DNA of 64,000 nucleotides from a virus (taxonomy: Duplodnaviria > Caudoviricetes), in IMG/VR virus record IMGVR_UViG_3300033075_001328, positions 8,153 to 72,152 of that record. The stretch is one strand, 5' to 3'. The position numbers and the translations under genes were made by a program. A model generated the notes under the pieces. It did not search any database. It had not been told where the DNA came from and was given only the letters and a program-made list of their open reading frames with translations. Positions 1 to 8,873 of this stretch are shown here, piece by piece. Within the stretch, counting starts at the first letter, position 1; each line of letters opens with the position of its first letter.

Positions 1-92
1 CCTATTAGCCGACCTACTGCTAGTATCGGTGTACCTATTCGGTGTCGGCAGGTGGTGGTGAAAATATTTTTTTCGGATTAATAGTGTAAAAC

Positions 93-123
93 TTGCGTAC
101 GTCAATAACTGTACATATATTTG
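93..123 (+). promoter_or_regulatory. Bacteroidota sigma-A type promoter (-33 TTG, -7 TATATTTG)
   Basis: TTG 93-95, 20-nt spacer, TATATTTG 116-123, ATG at 128. Confidence 0.7.
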
Positions 124-127
124 CCTC

Positions 128-346
128 ATGGAAAAAGCAACAAACAATTTATTAAAGCAGCTAAAGTCGCAATGCGATAAGCAAGAAATAGGTGTAAGGG
201 AGCTAGGTAGGCGTACTGCGTCAGATGCAAGCCACGTATCAAAGATATTGCGCGGTAATCACGCACCTAATTTGGACTTTATGGTTCAGCTATGCCACGC
301 CGCAGGTCTTGAAATTTGTTTAACCACTAAAAAGAATAAACCATGA
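128..346 (+). CDS. XRE-family HTH regulator (Cro-like)
   Basis: VRELGRRTASDASHVSKILRGNHAPNLDFMVQL has the XRE HTH pattern. Confidence 0.8.
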   Translation: MEKATNNLLKQLKSQCDKQEIGVRELGRRTASDASHVSKILRGNHAPNLDFMVQLCHAAGLEICLTTKKNKP

Positions 347-636
347 ACTACAATGTAAGCGAAGATTATAGCCAGCTCGCAAAAAAGCAGGGATTTGTTT
401 TGCCTGTAATGTACCCACATCATCAAATGATGAAAAATATGGTTTTTAGCCCAAAAGAAGATAATGATGAAAGTTATCTTAAAGCTAAAAACGAAGCTCA
501 TTTGGCAGATGCAATAGCTCGTGTCGCAGAAGATAATGGTATGGAAATAAATGCTGTACAGCGTGCGCTCCCATTTATACTTCGTATGCTTAAGTCTAAA
601 AGTGTTTGGGCTGAATAAATTAACCACTAAAAAGAA
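320..636 (+). repeat. 17-bp direct repeat TTAACCACTAAAAAGAA (320-336 and 620-636) flanking ORF 343..618
   Basis: Exact match read from the sequence. Confidence 0.9.
343..618 (+). CDS. hypothetical protein
   Basis: 91-aa ORF overlapping the upstream stop, operon context. Confidence 0.7.
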   Translation: MNYNVSEDYSQLAKKQGFVLPVMYPHHQMMKNMVFSPKEDNDESYLKAKNEAHLADAIARVAEDNGMEINAVQRALPFILRMLKSKSVWAE

Positions 637-643
637 ATAGGAT

Positions 644-829
644 ATGCCAAAGCTAACGTTAACATGCGCAATAGATAATAGGGATACTTTAGTTGTATAT
701 GAGGATATGAGTAATGGTGTAGAGATTTCTATGTTTAATAATAAAGAAATTCTATGTTCTATCGTTGTATCTTTTGAAGATTTGCCTAAACTTATTGAAC
801 ACCTTCAAGCACAATTAACAAACCAATAA
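644..829 (+). CDS. hypothetical protein
   Basis: 61-aa ORF in the co-directional early operon. Confidence 0.65.
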   Translation: MPKLTLTCAIDNRDTLVVYEDMSNGVEISMFNNKEILCSIVVSFEDLPKLIEHLQAQLTNQ

Positions 830-830
830 C

Positions 831-1055
831 ATGATAGAGATAACAAAAGACCAGCGCATAGCGAACATGCTTGAGCATGTCGAAAAGGAACTGGAGGTAA
901 TATGCGAAGGGAAATACCCATTTTCAATCAGCACAGAGGCAAAGAAAAGCGTAATTGATAATACGCATGGCAACCATTCTTTGAGAGAGGTTGTTGTTTG
1001 GGTAAATGAAAAGAGTTACCTCCACATTCAAGACACGGACATATTACCATTTTAA
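831..1055 (+). CDS. hypothetical protein with acidic-LPF C-terminus
   Basis: 74 aa, ends QDTDILPF. Confidence 0.6.
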   Translation: MIEITKDQRIANMLEHVEKELEVICEGKYPFSISTEAKKSVIDNTHGNHSLREVVVWVNEKSYLHIQDTDILPF

Positions 1056-1086
1056 TAACCTTTTAAACAATAAACAAACCAGCAAT

Positions 1087-1953
1087 ATGGCAGATTTAGC
1101 AACGCAGGGCAACAATAAGCCCGCAACAATCAAAGAATATTTCAACCAAGAAGCAGTAAAGGCAAAATTCGGCGAACTGCTAGGCAAGCGTAACACGCAG
1201 TTTATTACCTCCGTATTACAGGTAGTTAGCAACAATGACTATCTAAAGAAGGCTAGTCCAGAGAGCGTTTTCCAAGCGGCAATAGTAGCGGCAATACTTG
1301 ACTTGCCTATACAAAACAACCTAGGCTTTGCGTATATAGTTCCATACGGCGACAAAGCGCAATTCCAGATTGGTTATAAGGGTCTGACGCAATTAGCACA
1401 ACGTACAGGGCAATTCAAGACCATATCAGCCGCGCCGATATACGAAGGGCAAATAGTATCTCAAAACCCACTAACGGGCTACGAGTTTGATTTCAGCAAA
1501 AAGACTAGCGATAAGGTAGTTGGCTATGCAGCATACTTCTCTCTTATAAACGGCTTTGAAAAGACCTTTTACATGACCGTAGAAGAAATTACCGCGCATG
1601 GTAAAAGGTACTCTAAAAACTTCAACGGGCTATGGAAAACAGACTTCAATGCTATGGCTACCAAAACCGTATTGAAGCTGCTACTAAGCAAGTACGCACC
1701 GCTATCGGTTGAAATGCAAAAGGCGGTAATAGCAGACCAATCGGTAATAAACGATGCCGATACTATGGATGTTGAATATGTAGATGCAGGCGCAGAGCAA
1801 GATGAACAGGTTACATTTGAGGACTTGCAACTTCTTTACGACATGAAAAAAGAAAGCCTGAGCGAAACCGACAAAGCAAACGCCGAGCGGATATTAACCA
1901 ACAAAGAAGTTAAGAACTACGCTAAACTTCAAAAAGACCTAGCTAGCAAGTAA
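1087..1953 (+). CDS. recT: RecT-family single-strand annealing recombinase
   Basis: AAILDLPIQNNLGFAYIVPY and QFQIGYKGLTQLAQRTGQFKTI motifs; start moved to MADLATQ at 1087. Confidence 0.92.
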   Translation: MADLATQGNNKPATIKEYFNQEAVKAKFGELLGKRNTQFITSVLQVVSNNDYLKKASPESVFQAAIVAAILDLPIQNNLGFAYIVPYGDKAQFQIGYKGLTQLAQRTGQFKTISAAPIYEGQIVSQNPLTGYEFDFSKKTSDKVVGYAAYFSLINGFEKTFYMTVEEITAHGKRYSKNFNGLWKTDFNAMATKTVLKLLLSKYAPLSVEMQKAVIADQSVINDADTMDVEYVDAGAEQDEQVTFEDLQLLYDMKKESLSETDKANAERILTNKEVKNYAKLQKDLASK

Positions 1954-2711
1954 TGGACTTAGTACGCATCAACGAAACCCGTAACATCAGCTTTACCAGT
2001 AGCCAAATGGTAAGGCTTGCTGCCAACGGCAGGGACAAAAAAAGCCCTTCGGATAAGTTTTATACTTACATTGAAGAAGTAGCGCAACAGATAAGGCTTG
2101 GCAGACCATTAAGTAAAGAGCAAGACGCTAAGGCGGCACTATGGGGCAAGCTGTGCGAGAAGTATGTGTTTGAAACTAGCGGCTTGTTAGGACTTGAATA
2201 CACACCTATGGGAGATACAACGCTAAAGCACCCTACTATTAACCAATGGGCTGGCACACCTGACGTTAAGCGCGAAGGCTTTGTGGGAGACATTAAATGC
2301 CCTTTTACAATGGGTTCTTTTTGTGGGCTAGTAGATGAGGCAAGAAATGAGAAGCGAGAGATTTTGCACGAAGCGTTAACTGTGGATGCGTTTAAGTACA
2401 ACCATAAAGATGGTGATAAGTTTTACTGGCAGCTAGTTAGCAACGCAATACTACTAGGTGTAGACAAGGCTGAATTAATAGTGTTCTGCCCGTACCAAAG
2501 CGAACTAGAGGCAATACGCGACTTGGCTAGCAAGATGCCTAATGACTACGAATATCGCTTTGTAACCAATGCACATGATAGCGAGTTGCCATACCTAATT
2601 GACGGCGGTCATTACAAGAACCTTAACAAGATTGAATTTGACATACCGCAAGCCGATATAGACTTTTTAACAGGCAGGGTACTTAAAGCGGTACGATTAC
2701 TGAATACGTAA
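1953..2711 (+). CDS. lambda-exonuclease/YqaJ-like PD-(D/E)XK exonuclease, partner of RecT
   Basis: WGKLCE, AGTPD, GDIKCPF and YWQL motifs; TAATG-coupled to recT. Confidence 0.8.
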   Translation: MDLVRINETRNISFTSSQMVRLAANGRDKKSPSDKFYTYIEEVAQQIRLGRPLSKEQDAKAALWGKLCEKYVFETSGLLGLEYTPMGDTTLKHPTINQWAGTPDVKREGFVGDIKCPFTMGSFCGLVDEARNEKREILHEALTVDAFKYNHKDGDKFYWQLVSNAILLGVDKAELIVFCPYQSELEAIRDLASKMPNDYEYRFVTNAHDSELPYLIDGGHYKNLNKIEFDIPQADIDFLTGRVLKAVRLLNT

Positions 2712-2727
2712 GATTTGACATAGTGCT

Positions 2728-2770
2728 GGGCGGCTAGTAGAGGTCAGGGGCTATGATGCCGCCCTTATTT
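2728..2770 (+). terminator. hairpin, probable intrinsic terminator
   Basis: GGGCGGC 2728-2734 pairs with GCCGCCC 2758-2764, followed by TTATTT. Confidence 0.5.
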
Positions 2771-2785
2771 AAAAATGATTAAATT

Positions 2786-3154
2786 ATGACTAGAGATTTT
2801 ATACTTGACACCTTATTGCCTTATAAACAAAATAGCGACAACTGCTCGTTTGAAAAAGGATTGTGCTTGTACTTGAGTGCAAATGGTAATAGGTGTGCGG
2901 TCGGCAAACATATGAAAGATGGTTCACACCAAAAAAGCAAAGCATCTATAGAATGCCTTCTTAGGGAAAATAGAGAAGATGATATATTGACAGATGCTGC
3001 TATTTCGCAACATATTAGTATAAACATATGGATGACGATGCAAAGATACCACGATGGCATAGCATTAAAATATGACGTGTCGCATCTTAATAATGTAGTG
3101 AGAGAGCTTGAGCTAAAAACAGGATTTGAATTTTCTGAATTAAAGTTTAACTAA
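2786..3154 (+). CDS. conserved phage hypothetical protein
   Basis: 122 aa with CLYLSANGNRCAVG motif. Confidence 0.7.
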   Translation: MTRDFILDTLLPYKQNSDNCSFEKGLCLYLSANGNRCAVGKHMKDGSHQKSKASIECLLRENREDDILTDAAISQHISINIWMTMQRYHDGIALKYDVSHLNNVVRELELKTGFEFSELKFN

Positions 3155-3188
3155 CAAACCAACGCTGGCAACGTACTGCTAAAATGAT

Positions 3189-3371
3189 ATGGCTAATAAT
3201 AAAAGAGGTGCATATTGCCCTTATTGTAACATAGAGCGAAATGAGATAAAAATTAAACGCCAATATGGAGAATATAGCAGCGTGTATATGCTTGGGTATT
3301 GCTCTGCTAGGTGCTATACCCTGCATTATAATGCCAAGTTGTTAAAAGCAACCCAAATAGACCAAAAATGA
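3189..3371 (+). CDS. small Cys-rich (Zn-binding?) protein
   Basis: CPYC ... CSARC; ATGA overlap with the next gene. Confidence 0.6.
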   Translation: MANNKRGAYCPYCNIERNEIKIKRQYGEYSSVYMLGYCSARCYTLHYNAKLLKATQIDQK

Positions 3372-3895
3372 AAACAATACGACAACACTTAGAAAGCCTG
3401 CCTGAGCTGTACAGGGATATAGCGATATATGAGTGCGAAAGGTTAGGCGCAGAGGTACTAGATGAAAAATATCCCACACTTCACGATGCTATTAGCTGTA
3501 TGTTTGTATGGAGTAAAAGTAAAGTTGGTGATGATTTTTGGGCGTACCTTAGCTTATGGATTAAAATGAATTACACCGAGCCAATTCGCGTCCACAAAAA
3601 AGAAAAGACCGCCGCATCCCAAGCTATACTAGATGAACACAGGGCGCATTTTGCAGCGCAGGTTAAGGCTATATTGATATTGATGCTAAACGGCACAATA
3701 GTAGATAAGAAAACAAGGCTAAAAGGTGCGCCAATAGGTAACGTCAGTAGTCGCATTAGTGATATTTGCTCGAATGGCATACCTGTGGTTAAGACCAAAA
3801 AACTTAACGCTAATGGCAAGATACAATACATGCAATACCATATTGCACCCGAACACCGCGCAGATATTGCTAAACGTTTTAAATTGAAGGTATGA
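3368..3895 (+). CDS. hypothetical protein with C-terminal phage HTH-like segment
   Basis: GNVSSRISDICSNGIPV resembles phage winged-HTH motifs. Confidence 0.6.
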   Translation: MKTIRQHLESLPELYRDIAIYECERLGAEVLDEKYPTLHDAISCMFVWSKSKVGDDFWAYLSLWIKMNYTEPIRVHKKEKTAASQAILDEHRAHFAAQVKAILILMLNGTIVDKKTRLKGAPIGNVSSRISDICSNGIPVVKTKKLNANGKIQYMQYHIAPEHRADIAKRFKLKV

Positions 3896-4329
3896 GGTTT
3901 ATAAAGGATGGATATGTTGGCACTAATGCCTGTCCAACACTTAGCGATTATAAAAATGTGGTTGATTTCTGGGTAAATAATCCAGAAACCAAAAAAGTTG
4001 ACATTGCCAATAAGTTCAATCTAACATGTAGTGCTATTAGTACCATTGTTAGTAACGCTAAGGTGAACGGCATAAACATAGTATTTGCTGAACATGAAAA
4101 GCGGCTGCCTGCTATTAAAGAATCTAAACAACATAAGCAGACTTCGTTCCCTGAGCTAGATTTTAGCGGATTAAAAAGGAAAGGGGACAAGACCTTCCTT
4201 ACGCACAATTTTAGACCTATAGTTATTGAGAGGATGCGAAAGTATGGCAAATTGCTAGCTGACAGGTCTGGCATAAGTGTAACAACCAAAAAGGTTGAGG
4301 ACAAAATGTATTTTATTAGAACGAATTAA
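3892..4329 (+). CDS. hypothetical protein, possible N-terminal HTH
   Basis: KKVDIANKFNLTCSAISTIV; ATGA coupled. Confidence 0.6.
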   Translation: MRFIKDGYVGTNACPTLSDYKNVVDFWVNNPETKKVDIANKFNLTCSAISTIVSNAKVNGINIVFAEHEKRLPAIKESKQHKQTSFPELDFSGLKRKGDKTFLTHNFRPIVIERMRKYGKLLADRSGISVTTKKVEDKMYFIRTN

Positions 4330-4401
4330 ACGCATAGCATGAAAAACATAATCTTTTAGCGAGCCAAGAATATTATTTATAAACTATAAAATCAAACCAA
4401 A

Positions 4402-4737
4402 ATGGTACTAGAAATCAAAGCAAGTCATTTCAAAGGCACTACTTTCAAAGGCATGGACTCTTGCTGCGTTTGCAATGCAGTAAAGGAAGCAACAGGCAGA
4501 GATTGCACATTTAACGGAACAAGTGTTGTGTTTAGTGGTAAAGAATGGCACGGCACAACGGGCATGATAAAGTCAGACCAAGGTTGGATGAGCTTAACTT
4601 ATCACGAAATTGATGCCAACAAGCATTATCAACAAGCCGAAAAATATGGATTTGATGATAGGGTAGTACACAAGCTGCATATACCTTCAATGGCTCCTAC
4701 AACTTGGCATTTAAAAAATGCAAATACTGGCCAATAA
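4402..4737 (+). CDS. hypothetical protein
   Basis: 111-aa ORF with A-rich leader. Confidence 0.65.
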   Translation: MVLEIKASHFKGTTFKGMDSCCVCNAVKEATGRDCTFNGTSVVFSGKEWHGTTGMIKSDQGWMSLTYHEIDANKHYQQAEKYGFDDRVVHKLHIPSMAPTTWHLKNANTGQ

Positions 4738-4761
4738 TTTTGCCGACTAGCTAAGAATCGG

Positions 4762-4900
4762 TATATTTGTAGCGCGTTCTGAAATCAATACTCATCTTGG
4801 CGGCTGAGTAATTACTGATAAAAATTAAAGCCCTTTTTAAATCAACGTTTGTGCCGCCAAAGTAACAAGCTGAGAGATAAGAAGGGCTTTTTTATTTACT
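4762..4900 (+). promoter_or_regulatory. promoter plus structured 5' leader (two hairpins with complementary loops, U-tract before ATG)
   Basis: TATATTTG 4762-4769; TACTCA/TGAGTA hairpin with loop TTGGCGGC; GCCGCCAA 4853-4860 inside the AAAGCCCTT/AAGGGCTTT stem. Confidence 0.65.
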
Positions 4901-5416
4901 ATGGCAACACAATGGTATTTACAGAAATTAAAAGACCCTAGATGGCAAAGAAAACGCCTTGAAATATTAAGCAGGGATGAATTTACTTGCTTAAGATGCG
5001 GAGATATAGAAACAGAGCTTCATATACACCACAATGCCTACAAAGGTAATCCGTGGGAGATTTCAAATGAGCATTTAGAAACGCTTTGCAAGAACTGCCA
5101 TGCAATAGTTGAGAAAAAGAAATCATTCTGCCCGTTTACCCTAATAAACGACCTTGATAATATGTTATTACATGGAGATAAGTTTAGTAGGCATATAAGA
5201 GCACATTTTATTAAATGGATAGCTAGGACAAATCAATATATCCATAAAGTTTACGGTGAAAAGGAAATGATTCTGTGGAAACCTGTCTACCATTACAACA
5301 ATTGCTCCGAAGTAGAAATTCAAAAGCAGCTTGACTTTATAGACTATATGCAAAGCCTACCGCCTTGCGAAGATTGGCTAGAATTTATAAATGATACCGA
5401 AAACATAATAAATTAA
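4901..5416 (+). CDS. HNH endonuclease (McrA-like Zn-binding type)
   Basis: WQRKRLEILSRDEFTCLRCG ... LHIHH ... LETLCKNCH. Confidence 0.85.
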   Translation: MATQWYLQKLKDPRWQRKRLEILSRDEFTCLRCGDIETELHIHHNAYKGNPWEISNEHLETLCKNCHAIVEKKKSFCPFTLINDLDNMLLHGDKFSRHIRAHFIKWIARTNQYIHKVYGEKEMILWKPVYHYNNCSEVEIQKQLDFIDYMQSLPPCEDWLEFINDTENIIN

Positions 5417-5421
5417 CTACC

Positions 5422-5808
5422 ATGCACACCCGACTAGAATACGACATAGCAAGCTACGAGAGAAAAGGTTACGACTTTTCGTTCTTGCCACCTAGAATTT
5501 ACGATGCCTTGAGCGAGTACCTTACATATAGGGAAAACTTAGGCTACCCAATTAAGGTATATGATAGCATTGCGCGAACCATTAGCAGCCTGCAACAATA
5601 CTCTGAACAACAACAAGCTGAAATACTTTACAGCACGATAGAAAGCGGATTTGCAACAATAAAATACCCGAAAATCAATAACTATAATGGAGCGAAACAA
5701 TCAACTAGCAAACGTACAGGACACGACATTAGTGCCATTGATAACGCAGCCGATGAAGTACTACGACAGTATCAAATGCGCTACACCGATAGAGGCAATA
5801 ATGAGTAA
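5422..5808 (+). CDS. possible replisome-organiser C-terminal-like protein
   Basis: EYLTYR...PIK...STIESGFATI resembles C-terminal domains of phage replication initiators; lies upstream of the loader-like gene. Confidence 0.45.
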   Translation: MHTRLEYDIASYERKGYDFSFLPPRIYDALSEYLTYRENLGYPIKVYDSIARTISSLQQYSEQQQAEILYSTIESGFATIKYPKINNYNGAKQSTSKRTGHDISAIDNAADEVLRQYQMRYTDRGNNE

Positions 5809-6604
5809 TACACCTGCATTGGCTTACATAAGATTAAAAGAGGGTGAGGTGTTAGTAAAGGCTATATTGGTTAAACTAGTAAACAACCTCGTGAAGTTTT
5901 TCAATGTAGGCAAATCAATGACAGACGCACAGGTTGCAGAAACGGTGGATTTAATTTTAACTAGCCATTACTATTTCAAGATTGCCGATTTCAAGGTATG
6001 TTTTGACGGTATAAAGACTGGCAAGTATTTAGACGGCGGCAAGTTGTTTGATAGGCTAGATGGGCAAATAATATTAGGCGCACTTGCAAGCTATGCAGAA
6101 GAAAGACTTACGCTGGCAGAGGACTTGAAATTGGCAGAACATAAAAAGGAGCAGCAAAGGATTGATGCCGAAAGGGGCGAAACAAAGTATTTAGTGCAAG
6201 TCGGCGAAGATTATATCCGAGAAAGCGACACAAGCTACCTTTTTGAGCCGAAAAAAGAACTTGCCACTACTTACACCTACAATGCAGCCTATGCGCTTAA
6301 AGCGCTCCTATTGCAGAATAACTATGAGGACGTGAAAATGGTGAACGAAAAGCAGATTTCGGGCTTAATGGAACGGTTGTTAGTTGATAAGCCTGACTTG
6401 GTAGACAAGAAAACCAAGTTTCACTATGCCACGCGCGATTACTACGATAAGAAAGCGGCTATTGAGGCTAGCGATATGAGCGAATTTGATAAGTGTAATG
6501 CCATACGCGCCCTAGCTGAATTAGAGCCGTTTAGTAAAGAAGAATATGCTGCATACATAGCGGCAATAACCAAACCCCATTTAGATAACCCATTTAAAGC
6601 ATAG
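5687..6604 (+). CDS. Bacteroidota phage replication protein (helicase-loader-like)
   Basis: FFNVGKSMTDAQVAETVDLIL...FKVCFDGIKTGKY...LFDRLDGQIILG pattern typical of the lambda-P-position gene; overlaps the upstream ORF by 122 nt. Confidence 0.55.
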   Translation: MERNNQLANVQDTTLVPLITQPMKYYDSIKCATPIEAIMSNTPALAYIRLKEGEVLVKAILVKLVNNLVKFFNVGKSMTDAQVAETVDLILTSHYYFKIADFKVCFDGIKTGKYLDGGKLFDRLDGQIILGALASYAEERLTLAEDLKLAEHKKEQQRIDAERGETKYLVQVGEDYIRESDTSYLFEPKKELATTYTYNAAYALKALLLQNNYEDVKMVNEKQISGLMERLLVDKPDLVDKKTKFHYATRDYYDKKAAIEASDMSEFDKCNAIRALAELEPFSKEEYAAYIAAITKPHLDNPFKA

Positions 6605-7282
6605 CTATGCTAAAATATTTAATGGGCTGGTTGCTTAACCAAGCCAATAGGTACGAAAAGAATGAGTATTACTATGCTGTAAAGAACAAGGTTATAAAGC
6701 AGTTTGGCAGTTATGTATGTACGGATGTGCAGCATATAGAAGGCAAGAAATGCTATACCTGCGGCGGTAGTGGTGTGTATGTTGGTTATAATTATCACGG
6801 ATATCAATATGCCGATAGTTGCAGAAATTGTTATAACGGTTGGTATAAACGACCTATGTGGGTTTTACTTGAAAAGTACCAAGTAGGCAGTTACTACTTC
6901 CATCAACCTAAGAAGAAGGTTTATGAAAATCCACAGATAACAGTTAACATAAACGGATACATATCGCATGACACTAGCAAGTATGGAGCATACGCCGCCG
7001 TTTTGCTATACATGATTTATGAGAAAGGCTATCTAAAAAGGTGGTACAAGTCGGCTGGTATGGGTTGGTATAGTAGGTGGTATTCGCCAAAAAATTTACC
7101 GCATACTATTATACACTTTATTAAGTACAAGCAAAAAGCATATCCAATAGTTTATTTTAATGAATGGATTAATAAGCCAAGCGGATATGTGCGTGATGTA
7201 GTTTATGACTATGATTTTTTTGTAGGTAGGAAAAGTAATACTATTACCATAGATGATGATTTACCCTTTTAATAACCCATTT
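6585..7282 (+). repeat. 11-bp direct repeat ATAACCCATTT (6585-6595 and 7272-7282) flanking ORF 6607..7272
   Basis: Exact match at both gene boundaries. Confidence 0.7.
6607..7272 (+). CDS. Zn-finger (CxxCxGxG...CxxC) protein with DDDLPF tail
   Basis: KCYTCGGSG ... CRNC; Tyr/Trp-rich; ends IDDDLPF. Confidence 0.7.
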   Translation: MLKYLMGWLLNQANRYEKNEYYYAVKNKVIKQFGSYVCTDVQHIEGKKCYTCGGSGVYVGYNYHGYQYADSCRNCYNGWYKRPMWVLLEKYQVGSYYFHQPKKKVYENPQITVNINGYISHDTSKYGAYAAVLLYMIYEKGYLKRWYKSAGMGWYSRWYSPKNLPHTIIHFIKYKQKAYPIVYFNEWINKPSGYVRDVVYDYDFFVGRKSNTITIDDDLPF

Positions 7283-7296
7283 TAAAAAGAAACAGT

Positions 7297-8292
7297 ATGA
7301 AAGAACACAACTACAGATTTGTACAGCCCGTATCAATGCAGGTCAACCAAGAGCAATTCGATTGCCTAAAGCCGAAACTGGAGGCGATGGGGTATGTGTA
7401 TAGAGATGATGCTAGAACTTCCAATAGGCTTGTTATAGCTACAAACTTTGTGGGCAATTTTCTGCATTTTAGCCTTATTGAAGGTCAACTAAAAGATAGG
7501 CACTACCGCCACTTCATAGACCACTACAACCCCGAACTGTTCCTAGCAATAGCGGCAATGACCGATGCGGAGTTTGGTATCGCTGGGGAGCATTGGGTGT
7601 GTATTAACGCCGACAACACGAATAGATTTACAGTAGGAAAGATTTATGTTGCCACAAATCCAATTAATGGTGCGGCATTTATTGATGATAAAGGAGATAA
7701 AAACGGATGGAGCGGGACTAACCTACAACACTTCCGCCGCGCCACCCTCCCCGAACTAATTTCACACTATACCAAACCTAAAAAAGATATGAGTACAGAA
7801 ACTAGAAACGTGCAACTAAGCCTAGAACAGGCCAAGGCACTTTACGAAAAAGATAAGGAGCAGTACGCTTGGTTGCTGCCGACATTCCCTGAACTGGAGA
7901 AGCCGAAGAAAATTACGTGGGAGGGGTTGGGGCAAGTAAAAGGGTATTTTACAGGTGATTTCTCAATCGTAAAATACGCTAATCAAGTATCGTTAGATGC
8001 AAATAAAAACATCTACCGCACCGAAGCTCAAGCCCGTGGCGCATTGGCACAGTCCATGATAACGCAACTTTTGCCTGTGTATAATGGGGATTGGGTGGCG
8101 GATAGTTTACTTAGGCATGAAAAATACTGCATTATACTACGAGAAAATAATTGGAAGATTGCAGGATGGGTAACTGATATTGCTACTATCCTAAATTTCA
8201 AAGACCGCGCCACCGCCGAACGCTTCCTAGCCGAGCAGTCCGAACTACTAGAGCAGTACAAGGGCTTATTTATCGAACCTAAAAAGGATTAG
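7297..8292 (+). CDS. modular hypothetical protein, paralogue of 12890..14134
   Basis: Shared N-terminal motifs PVSM, LKPxLEAMGY, YNxxLFLAIAAMTD, GIAGExW. Confidence 0.8.
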   Translation: MKEHNYRFVQPVSMQVNQEQFDCLKPKLEAMGYVYRDDARTSNRLVIATNFVGNFLHFSLIEGQLKDRHYRHFIDHYNPELFLAIAAMTDAEFGIAGEHWVCINADNTNRFTVGKIYVATNPINGAAFIDDKGDKNGWSGTNLQHFRRATLPELISHYTKPKKDMSTETRNVQLSLEQAKALYEKDKEQYAWLLPTFPELEKPKKITWEGLGQVKGYFTGDFSIVKYANQVSLDANKNIYRTEAQARGALAQSMITQLLPVYNGDWVADSLLRHEKYCIILRENNWKIAGWVTDIATILNFKDRATAERFLAEQSELLEQYKGLFIEPKKD

Positions 8293-8294
8293 TT

Positions 8295-8639
8295 ATGAGA
8301 AGCCTATTACAAACAACAGGTGTTATATTAGCCATCTTACTAGCTAGTGTAGCTATTGCATTGGTGTCGGTTTACTTTATGGGAAACTATCATTTAGCCT
8401 CCCCTACGAAAAATAGGCACGTATATGCTAGCGCATATGCATTTGATACTACATTTTATCGTGTCGAAAGAGCCGACAATGGATTTGTTTCATACACCAA
8501 TCTATCTAACGGATTTACTCATGTTACTAGAGAAAAATATTTTAGGTCATCATTGATAGGCGAATACGATAGCATTACAAACAAAATTGTCAATACAGGC
8601 GGTGTAGGCAATTATTTGAAAGCACTAAAAATTCAATAA
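8295..8639 (+). CDS. membrane-anchored hypothetical protein
   Basis: N-terminal hydrophobic helix GVILAILLASVAIALVSVYFM. Confidence 0.7.
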   Translation: MRSLLQTTGVILAILLASVAIALVSVYFMGNYHLASPTKNRHVYASAYAFDTTFYRVERADNGFVSYTNLSNGFTHVTREKYFRSSLIGEYDSITNKIVNTGGVGNYLKALKIQ

Positions 8640-8641
8640 TT

Positions 8642-8872
8642 ATGAGCGAAGAAATAAAGCCATACCAAGTCAGCTACGTTGCCGATAAACCGAGTGATGT
8701 GCTAGAAATGGAGGAGCTAGAAAAGGAACGCTTAACCTTAGAGAAGGACATAAGCACTCTTAATTCAATATTGCAGCGCATGTTTTTAGCTATAGTTAAT
8801 AGCCCCGAAAATAAATCACTTGCAGAGGCGCATGTTAGGCTGAATACAATTAATAAACTGCTAAATAAATAA
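8642..8872 (+). CDS. coiled-coil hypothetical protein
   Basis: 76 aa, operon context. Confidence 0.65.
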   Translation: MSEEIKPYQVSYVADKPSDVLEMEELEKERLTLEKDISTLNSILQRMFLAIVNSPENKSLAEAHVRLNTINKLLNK

Positions 8873-8873
8873 C

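Noticed and set aside
1-75. Short inverted and direct repeats (GCCGAC/GTCGGC, TCGGTGT twice) and a T-run at the window start as an att site or terminus
   Set aside because: Truncated by the window edge, and no partner copy found elsewhere
1006-1086. Longer upstream starts given by the ORF track (1006, 10635, 18086, 18912, 56509, 59367, 60829)
   Set aside because: These extensions overlap upstream genes or promoter boxes; downstream ATGs fit the leaders and family N-termini better
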